From Klebsormidium nitens (taxonomy: Eukaryota > Plantae > Klebsormidiophyceae): DNA of 47,677 nucleotides. Shown here piece after piece: positions 12,828 through 22,154 of this stretch (position 1 is its first letter; each line of letters opens with the position of its first letter). The position numbers were made by a program, and so were the translations under genes. The notes beneath the pieces are model-generated. The model did not search any database, was not told the origin of the DNA, and saw only the letters and a program-made list of their open reading frames with translations. The stretch spans positions 1 to 47,677 of the forward strand of contig DF237595.1 in the NCBI GenBank assembly GCA_000708835.1. Reading direction: 5' to 3'.

Positions 12828-15722
12828 ATTTATGAGTTGTCGGGCTACGGGGAATCCACCATTTTTCACGTGTTCCCAGGTTCACGTCGTAGTGGGCGCT
12901 CTCTCGTACACTCTGCCCAACGGCAAGCAGCGCTTCGGCCAGTGCTCCAACTACCTCACGCAGCACGTCAAAGCTGGGGACATCGTCCGCTACAAGCTGA
13001 CCAAGGTACGTGGAAACAAGCTTTTATGACAAGTTGCGCAGTTCATGGCGCACAGTTTCCAAAAGTGGCCGGAGGAATGAGTTCCGAACGGAGTGCTCGC
13101 CACCCTTAGAACACTTTCTCGTTTCGTACAAACACATTCGTGCCTCGACGAGAGTTCTCTAAGAATCTGGTAATGGTGTCCCTTCAATTTCGGCTGGCTA
13201 ATACCTTGGTAGGCTGCAAGGGTAAGAATTTGGACCAGTTTTAGTTAGATTTCCTGACCGTAATACGATCTCCTCACGCCAATCTGTGTAGGAGACCCGT
13301 GATCACCGCCCCGCTCATTTTCTGCACCGTGGAGTCTCATCGGTGACGTCCCAACGCTGTCCAAGTGTAGACGGAATCGTCAAACGCCTCTGTTTCCGCA
13401 ATTCTTCTTCAATCAACCAACTTTGTCGCCACTGCTAACCGCCTCCTGACGGCCGCTTAACCAGGTCTCAATCAGGGCTTAACCAGGGCTGATTGAACCC
13501 TCTTCATTCCAGGTCCCGGCATTTAGGCTGCCTCTAGACACGAGGCGCCCGGTGATTATGGTCGGAGCGGGGACCGGGCTGGCGCCCGTCCGCGGCTTCA
13601 TCCAGCACCGCAAGAAGCTGCGCGCGTACGGCGAGATGGGCCCCTGCGTTTTCATCTTCGGCTGCCGCTCCAAGCAGGACCAGATCTGCAAGTGAGTCGT
13701 GCCTGCCTTGGTTATGTTCTGGTGATCGTGCTTGTGGGAATGCTTCCCAGCTTCTGGGTTTGACAAGTACCACGCACGCTTGTTTATGATGGCGTCGTCA
13801 CGCTTGTGTCGACTCCGAATTGTGCTCGAAGTTCTCTCATGTTGGACAGATACTGCAGAGGCGTTCTGATGTCTGTCCGTTCCAGCGAGAAGGGTTAGGG
13901 ACTGGTTCGGGCAGGTCGTTTGGAACGGCTCCCATGCTGGCTCCCATGTTTGGGCATCAGGGCAGAGTTAGGCTGTAAGTTTCTCCGCCTTCTCAAAGAT
14001 TCTCATCCGGCTTGTTCACTTGTGAACCCATCGTGTTCGCAGGGAGGAAGTCGAGGCCGCCGTGGCGAGCGGTGCAATCAGCGCCGTTCTAGTTGCCTAC
14101 TCCCGCGAGCCAGGGGTCAAGAAACTGTACGTCCAGCAGAAGCTCAAAGAGGTGAGGGAAAAGCCAGGAGCTGTTCTTTTGGTTTATCAATTGGAGTCGA
14201 GAACTATGCTTCATCTGTCATCTCAGACAGTCTGTCTCGGAACTCTACTTCTGGGTCTGAGGAGAACGGGACCAGTAGTCTCTGGTCCATGCATTCCGAC
14301 AGTGACTTGGGAAAGCGGAGTTCCTTTGAGATACAGTACATGCGCTGACGTCACTGTTTGTTTTGCAGTCCGCAGCTGAACTGAGCGCGATGCTGGAGGC
14401 CAAGGACGGGCACGTCTACATTTGTAATACGTCGGAAAAAGTTCCGCTCTGAATTTGAGGTTGAAGGTCTCCAGGCTGTGTGGCTTTGATAAGGCGACAC
14501 GTGACGAGGCAACCTCATCCTTCTATTCTTACAGCCCCCTCTTGTTAATAGGGCATTCACGTGATCCGTACGGCCAGCTTGCTGCCTCCCGTTGCCTCGA
14601 TTGTTACTTTTCAGTTTGAAAGCTGCAAGCGGACTGGTGCCAGGAATCTGAACTCCCATTCGACGTTTTGCAGGTGATTCGCGCATGTCTGCAGAGGTGT
14701 CGGCAGTGATCGCGGGCATCATTGGTAAGTCTGGGTTGATCTCAACAGGGAGGAAAAGGAAACCGTTCCGCTGAAAGCTCTTCACGAGTCATCTTCCAGA
14801 GCCTGGTTATGCCGGGGCGTCACGTATCAAGGCGTCTTTCGCGTCGTGCATCCGTCAGTCAAACGGGAAGCCCTCAAATTCCACGTGTTTCTTTCGCACC
14901 GAAAGATCCTTGCAAACCTCAGATACCGGTCCTGAAACCTGGCAGAGTTCCTCCGATGCAATCCTGCGAGAGGGTCGCCGCTCCAACAGACGTGCTTTCT
15001 TGACACCCTCGCTGCTTCTTGGTTCAAAAACTACCTGTGTGTCAAAGGCGTCTTACGACCAGTCCGTTCTTTCGCCAGGCAAGGAGAAGCTGACTGCCAT
15101 GTCCGTGGAGCGCCGCTTCCACGATGACGTCTTCGGCATCGTCTCGAACGCGGGTCAAAAGAACGCGGCCGCCAAGGCGCTGAAGCCGGAGCAAGACACC
15201 CTGAGCGACGTGCTCCGGGCGGTGCCCGGTTCTTCCGTCACGGAGCGTGAGGCGCTGACTCGAAAACTTATTTTTGAAGTTCCTATGTCACGCTCGGGCA
15301 ACTTAAATTCGCACCCACAATCTTGTTTTCGATGGAGTGTTCGATGGTTACCACGAAGGCAGAGAGTTGATATATCGTCGATTTCCGTGATTTCCGCGCC
15401 TAAAGAAGTGCAGACTGGCCGTACAACATCGTGGGTGCGGGTTTAAGGTGCCCGAGACGGTTTTCCTTTTTGAGTTACGCCGTCCCCACTCGGTATCCTG
15501 CGCCGCGCCTTTCTTTCTCGGTTCGCATGAGGGGCTGAGGGGGTTGCTCGTCTGGAGTTGCTGTTCCACTGTCTGCGTACCAGCCGTCGATTGGCAACTA
15601 GGCAAAACAAACAAGAAGAGGCGAACAACAACTGAGAAAAAGATGTGGGAAGGTGGACACAAGAGATAACATTGTAAGGACGCCTGCAATTGTAGTGACG
15701 TGGAGCCTCACCGTTTGTGCAG

Positions 15723-17620
15723 GCGTTCTCAAGGCGTTGGACCACGGCCTGCGATTCGATGTGGCGGACAGCGCCGGCAACACTTTGCTGCACACCGCCG
15801 TGGAGAAGAACGATCCGGAGCTGCTAAAGGTGAGTCGCTTCGTATACCTGAAATGCGGAAATCGATCATTCCCTGGGGCACTGGAGATTATCGGAGAATA
15901 ATAGCCGTTACACGGCAATCTGCTGCATTGACATGCAATATTTGCTGATCTTCTGCAGAACCGTCAATTCTTACCGTACTAGGGTTCTCAGCGTTTTTGT
16001 ACAGAGTCAAACGCGCGCAGGCGTGCCTTCGAGCGCAGTGTCTTCGAGCCGCAGAGTAATCGATTAAAACCTTGTAGATGCCTTGGGCAGAATTGCTCGT
16101 CACGAAACCTGCTTGGAAGTACTTTCCGATCCCCGACCTTGCACCCTGAAGGACACCTTATATTGTGTGATGTGAGCATCTCGTTTCCAGCCCTCGAGCA
16201 GCAGATTATGTCGGGTGGAAACGCCATAAGCAATCAAAAAGCGCACGCGCACACGAACTTACCCTCCCTCACTTTCCTCGACAGGCCCTACTGGCGCGAA
16301 AGGACATGTTACCGGTGCTGATGTCACTCAACCACTGGCACCTGACGCCGCTTGCGCTCGCACTCGCGCGGCGCAAGCCGGAGCTGCAGGCGGTGCTGAG
16401 GGCCGCCGGCGGGTCTGTCGTCAGCGGAATGCACAAAGACTTCTACCCCGTGCACGCGGCCGCGCTGACCAACGACGCAGGTCGGGCGGCACGCTCTTCC
16501 GACTTTTGTACCGTTCACGCCAAGGTCTTAAAGCGTTCTTGTCTGTAGGAATCAGTGCCCAAACGAAACATTTTCAGAGCTCTGACTCACTTCAAAGCCC
16601 ACATCTGTTCTGGATTCCCGTTTTCTTTTCCGTTGCGGAGACGGAGGGGCCAAGGGGATCCTGGCGGCCGCGGTTCGTTGTAACCACGCTCCAAATCGTC
16701 GTTGAGGTTCGCCCTCCGCTCTCTATAATTGCATTGCGCATCACGGAGGCGGCCGGGGCAAACTTTGGCGGCCGCAGTTTCCTTCAACCACGTGTTCAAG
16801 CCCGCATTGAAAGCTAGCCCTCCCCTTTCCGTGAATGCAGTGCACATCGCGGCGCTGAAGGCGGCCGGGCAACCTTTGGCCGCCGCGGTCCCTCTAACCC
16901 AAATCAAAGCCCCAGTCACTCAATCAATTTTCTGTTCCTGTTCCGCAGCGCGCATCACGGAGCTGAAGGCGGAAGGGGCGAGCTTGGCGGCCGCGGACTT
17001 CGTGGGCGCGACGCCGGTCCACCTGGCAGCGGTCCTGGGCAGCGCGGACGTGCTCGCGCTGCTCATCGAGGAGGGGTGCAACGTCAACGTGGCCGACAGG
17101 TGACCGTCAGATACCATTCTTGCCAGATACCGAGACCCCGAACTGCTATTCGTCCACCGTTTTCACAGTAGGCTGTTTCCACGTTGCTTCCCCCCTGCCT
17201 TGACAGTATAAGGTTTCAAGCCAATTCCATCCTGATGGCCCCCTTCTACCCTTTATCCCCTCTTCTGAGAGCATTGTCGTAGGGTTGCCTTGATGCACCG
17301 GTCGATACTCCCTGGTGCTTCTGTTCCTAAGCGAACCAATCATCCTACCGGCACTTTCTCGGAACTTTCTTTTGGGGTAGGCGGTTAGTGACTACCGCCC
17401 TGTTGGTATTTGAGACAGCGAGGGGCTCCTCGCCCGCCTTTGCTGCTATTCGCGGTTTTCTTAACATATTTTGAGGAATCAGTACCTCGCTCCCCGCACG
17501 AGCTAACCGGCATCCCGGCGTTGCGCGCGCAGGTGGGGCCAGTCGCCCCTGATGTGCGCGCTCACCTACAGCCACGCGGGCGCGGCCGCGCTTCTCAAGG
17601 GCGCCGGCGCGCGCGTGACG
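15723..17620 (+). other. Ankyrin repeat exons of the NOS C-terminal extension
   Basis: DSAGNTLLHTAVEKNDPELLKALL, HLTPLALAL, FYPVHAAAL, DFVGATPVHLAAVLGSADVLALLIEEGCNVNVADRWGQSPLMCA. Intron phases are continuous from 15723 to the end of the gene. Confidence 0.92.
16630..16900 (+). repeat. Three degenerate tandem copies (about 105-bp spacing) of the 5' end of the downstream ankyrin exon
   Basis: Exon 16949 begins cgcgcatcacggagctgaaggcggaaggggcgagcttggcggccgcgg. Similar strings occur near 16640, 16736 and 16845. Confidence 0.65.
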
Positions 17621-17699
17621 GCCTCTAGCACCTTCGACGCGTGGCCGAGCATGACCGCGTGGAGCCCCAGCGCGGCCGCGGGCGAAGGCGCCGCGGACG

Positions 17700-19324
17700 C
17701 GAAGCTCAGCGACGAGCGCATTCTCAAGGCGCAGGCGCTGTGAGTGTGCTATATGCGACTGGAGACTTACTCGGAGCGTGTCTTACAGTCTAAAACGTGG
17801 TGTCCGGGACTGTGTTCGCTGTGGAGTGTGCTATATGAGACTGAAAACTTTTTCGGAGCGTGTCGTACATTGAACAAGAGTGGTATCCGGGACTGTATTC
17901 GAGAGCGGAGAATATCATCGGGCAGCTCGAGTGCCACTTAGCTCCCGTAAAGATGTTCCCTGGGAGAAAATTACGCGCCCGGTCTACAATTCAGGAATTT
18001 TGCATTGCATCAAGGCTGAGAGGGTGTGATTAGAACTGGGAGGTTCTGTGTGGTTTTCAGAAACTAACTTGAGCAACGTCCTGTTGATAGAACTTCATTT
18101 GTATGGACGGAATTCAGGAATGAGGATTACGAAGCTTTCAGGCTCTGTAATGAAACGCGAGGAAAGCCCTGGACCGACTTTTCGTTCTGCTACTTTTCTT
18201 TCATCCTTTTACTCCTGCGTCTTTCAAATAGCGAGAATTGCAGTCAGTTGGTTTTCTCCACGCTTCTTTCTTATTTCGTCGCAGTCATCAACTTCCCTTG
18301 ATCTTACGTTTGCTGGCCAATATTGCGATCGACTTAGTCTTGTGAATGAACAGATCAGTGGCAAATCCTCGAGCCCTCGCCGTTTGAATTGGTTCGTTCC
18401 CCCGGATGCAGGTGGGACTTCATGGAGGGTTCCGCGTTCGCGGATAACGACCGGCGCCAGTTCATCGATCGGGGCGTCAAAGTGTTCGAGAACCTATTCG
18501 AGCTGGCGCCGCAGGTGCTCACCCTGTTCCCCTTCAAGGACGAGAACGGAAGACCGCGCCGGAAGGTGAGCGGCGGAATCATTATCGTGCTTGGGGCCAC
18601 AAACAAAACCAATGTAAAGCCCAAGGTATTGCTCTCCGCATCTAATCCCCCAAATTCCATTACTCGTTCTGCAGCAATCCGCCACGCTGCTGTTCCTGAC
18701 GAGGTCTGAATCGAGCGAGTTGCCTGTTCAGTCACTTTTTTGTCGGAAAACGTTCACCAGAACGCGGTTGGCCATTTTCATTGATGGGCCTGGCAGGCGC
18801 ATCCAATTCTTCTTAGTTATTATATGCAAGGCTCTAGCACGTCAGCTTCCCGTGCGAATCCTGTTGGATTTTGAAAGCGAAGCATCTCTCTAGACTGGCG
18901 CGCCTTGAACAGACGCGATCTTTGTGTCCTGACGCCCTCCATTTTCTGCTAACGCAATTTCCGTGTGCTGCGCCATTTCCGTGGCTGATGCCTTTCTCCT
19001 GTGCTGACGTCGTTCCGATGTGCTGACGTCACCTTCCTTCCGCCCCGGCAGGAGCTGGAAGTGCACGTGGAGACGGTCATGTCAACCACCGGGCAGGTGG
19101 TCCGCCAGATGCAGGACCCGGACTCGCTGGCGCCGATGCTGACGGAGCTGACAGCGCTCCACGTCAAGTACGGCGTGGAACTGATTCATTACGACATTTT
19201 GTGCTCCACGTTCCTGCTGACGTTCGAGCAGCTGCTGGGGCCCCGGTGGAACAGCGACTACCGCGACGTGTGGATCTCCATCTTTTCGTTCATCACGACC
19301 TTCGCGAGGAAAGCCTACGAATAA
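17700..19324 (+). other. Globin domain (3/3-type) terminating the NOS fusion
   Basis: KVFENLFELAPQVLTLFPF (B10 Phe, C2 Pro, CD1 Phe), ELEVHVETVM (E7 His, 19064-66), LTALHVKYGV (F8 His, 19160-62), LGPRWNSDYRDVW (H helix), stop TAA ending at 19324. Confidence 0.9.
17742..17902 (+). repeat. Two-copy tandem duplication with an 82-bp period starting at a splice donor
   Basis: gagtgtgctatatg...tcggagcgtgtc...gtggt(g/a)tccgggactgt occurs at 17742 and 17824. Confidence 0.8.
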
Positions 19325-22154
19325 CGCGCGGGAGCGGGGACGTTATTGGTTATTTGTACAAGAGTTGCAAGAGCGGGGATGCGGATGGACTTCCGTATAA
19401 GCTCACCAGCCGCGAGGGTCGTTGGTTGGGAGTGCATGTATCACGCAAAAAGCAGAGCATGAGCAGACGATGCGATCAAGAGCTCATGCGTGCCCGTTTA
19501 TTTGGTCGGTCGCGGGTCCTTTAAAACGGTGCGGTTGATCTTCGTGTTGGGGTTGCGTAGTACGTCTACAGTAGTATGATTATACGGGTGGTGATTGCAA
19601 TCATTTGGTCCCAATGGCACTTACGGTTGCTGCACTCTCACGCATAGATTATTAGGTTGAATGTTACGTAGGTGCTAACGCGGTGGTTAAGTTTTGCTGG
19701 AATGCTCTACAGGGAACCGTCTGTGTCACGCGAAGACGGTTTCAAAAGTTTGATAAGGGTCAGGAGGGAATACTGGCAAAAAACCAGCTTAGATATAAGC
19801 AGCGGGCCGGTGTGATTGCAAGATGTTAGTTTCGACGGGTTGGCACAGCGTCAAATATCTGCATGGATAGCGTCGGCTGGATTACACTTGGACCGGACTC
19901 AAAAAGCATCCTGCGGTTGTGTCAGATTTAAGGAACCAATTATCGTTTTGCATATTTCGGCGGAGGTTCGGTAGCTGCCGCGCAAGCTAGGCCGCCTTGA
20001 GTACTGCATGAGCTCTACAGGGTGAGCTCTACAGGGTACGTGTCAAATTATAGATGCCATGCATGCACATCGTCCACATGCTTTTGTCACTATACCGTCT
20101 GGCACAAGAATAGCAGGTGGTATGTTTATAGCAACCGGTGCGGCCGCCGCTAGATTGTATACTATAAGGCTAAAAAAGTTGCAAAAGCTATCGCGTACGT
20201 CCTGAGGCCAATGATCCTGCAGCCGCCGGGCTCGGGATATACTGACTAGTTCGATCGTTTTGAGTTAAATATTGCAGTATACAGCATGAGTCGTCGATCG
20301 TGAAAATTCTGGCATGAGTCAGCTCGCAATGCACGGTCTCTGTCCAGTCTTATTTAAGACTGCGTACAGCAGAATTAATCAAGCATGATTAATACTACCT
20401 TTCATATGTTGATCTCGGAGCAGCTGGCCGGGCAAGCTAGCACAGTGACATGGCCCACAAGAGGCGGCCCGGCCCGCCGATGCTGCAGCCCTTAAGATTG
20501 ACATAGTGCATTGATCATTTCGATCATCCGCCGCGTAAAGCACTTCGAAGTATGTTAGATACCATGCCTCAGCCTCGGTCACTATATCATGTGTGGCCGA
20601 TTGGGCGGCCAGCGCGACTTTCGTTCACGTACAAAGAAGAATTCTGCTTAAATTGATTGATGGACAGCTCGCAGTATGTGCAGACCGTACATTCAATGAC
20701 CTGACCGCACTTTGGCTTGTCATGAAACGCGTGCACAAACCGTCAGAGCTTAAGTTCTTTTCTGCATGACAGGCGCAAACTGGCGCCAACGTTTTGGGAA
20801 ACAATGCAATCAGTTCGAAACCCGTGAGACAATTTAGGCTCGGAGACTGACGTGCTCCTCTTCCTCGGAGATGGTGGGTAGTGCATCAAACTCATTTTGG
20901 AAATCACGCGGCACGTCGCCTGCAGGAACGAGGTGGAAGGATCACGTGGCCTTTGACAAAAAAACCAGAAAATCTTGTTACTATCGAACTTAAACAGAGC
21001 CCGTGAAAGCAATGTAAATAAGAAGTGGCGACGGCACAATTCCAACTGAAGCGTTCGCCACAAGCAAGAAGAGGTGGCCCGCCTCTTTCCCAGCACGCCA
21101 TGTTCATCAGATCCGAAGGTTCACGTTAGGCAAAATGAGCGGGAACCGAAACCGACGTGCATGACTGGTAACGTCATCTTTTGACTCGCCGTTATGCTGG
21201 TCGTTGTGTTCCATGGGCCAAGCAAGCATCAAGGACGGAAGGAGAGTGTACTGTATAAAAGGAGCGCGTGAAGCTCACATTTGGTTGCCCGCAAAGGCGG
21301 ATAGTAATGATGGTAGCTCCACCACGCCAGGCTGAATCCTGCAAAAGCGGGAAAAAAAAAGTATCTGGATTAACAGGTCTTGCTCTTACAAACGCCCTAC
21401 CAAATCAGAAACGCCCATTATAAAACCATCTGAGCCGGGATATTACACAGAAAAGCAGTCTGCTTATCGAGTGGGGCATCGCCGCCCGATGCACGGCTCC
21501 TTTTCGGTTACGGACAAACGATGGCGATTGTTCTTCGCCGAGGCCTCCGCTTCTGATCCTCGTCTGCCTTTGCTCATATTGCCGGGAAATGGAGGCACCG
21601 AAGAACAACAGGAGCTTCTCTTCCAACAGCCTGAATTAGGGGTGTCCGACCCCACTCTTCCGATCATCTGGCAAAGTAGCATGGGACATCGTCTTGCGTA
21701 TCCGTGATTGCCTTCTGCCGCAAAAGTTGTGAGAAAGTTCTGAAGGATAACGTTTACCCGTGTTCACCAGTGTCCAATTGGTCGATTAAAGTTCAACGCG
21801 CCTCTCGACCGGAAACCAACCTCCAAGCTTCGTGGCTTGCTCAAATCGCCGCAGACACGCACGATACTCGAAATCGTCAAAAGCCCAAGGTCTATGTGCA
21901 CGAATTGTCAACCGAGTGTAAGCCCCCCTTTGAGATTCGGCTGCAAAGTGACTCAACTGGCCCACTCTAATTGCCTTTCGGAATCTCAAAGGCACCCCAA
22001 ACATTTCCGGAGTCCTTTTACATTCCGGTTAACCCGCACAGGCACCAAAGGAGCACAACCAGCGCACCAATCCGGGGGAAAGTAACGGCGACTTGGTGGC
22101 AGAAGCGCCAGCTAAACGGTCGCCGCACTCGCGTGACGATATCTGCCCACCTAC

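Larger units (their letters stand above)
7050..15160 (+). other. NOS reductase (FMN, FAD and NADPH binding) exons
   Basis: LIL*STVTGTAQAYA (flavodoxin motif, stop where Tyr is expected), [98 protein letters not shown]. Confidence 0.95.
1033..19324 (+). pseudogene. NOS: Nitric oxide synthase-ankyrin-globin fusion gene with multiple disabling lesions (probable pseudogene)
   Basis: Hand-spliced exons: 1033-1306, 1683-1798, 2168-2288, 3020-3117, 3332-3479, 4129-4221, 4776-4998, 5500-5641, 6162-6245, 6765-7100, 7822-7964, 8456-8601, 9081-9186, 9497-9599, 9827-9970, 10750-10994, 11548-11636, 11984-12116, 12880-13005, 13513-13691, 14043-14151, 14369-14426, 14674-14724, 15079-15221, 15723-15829, 16285-16480, 16949-17099, 17533-17739, 18412-18565, 19052-19324. 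NOS motifs appear in the correct order and intron phases match except at the lesions. Lesions: TAG 1766-68, acceptor AA 3330-31, TAA 7059-61, 1-nt frameshift near 9109, donor 14426-27. The start codon and the 15221-15723 junction are uncertain. Confidence 0.85.

Noticed and set aside
19325-21400. Hidden gene in the NOS-LPP intergenic region
   Set aside because: Only short ORFs without motifs or coherent splice patterns; the sequence looks like degenerate repeat-derived DNA.
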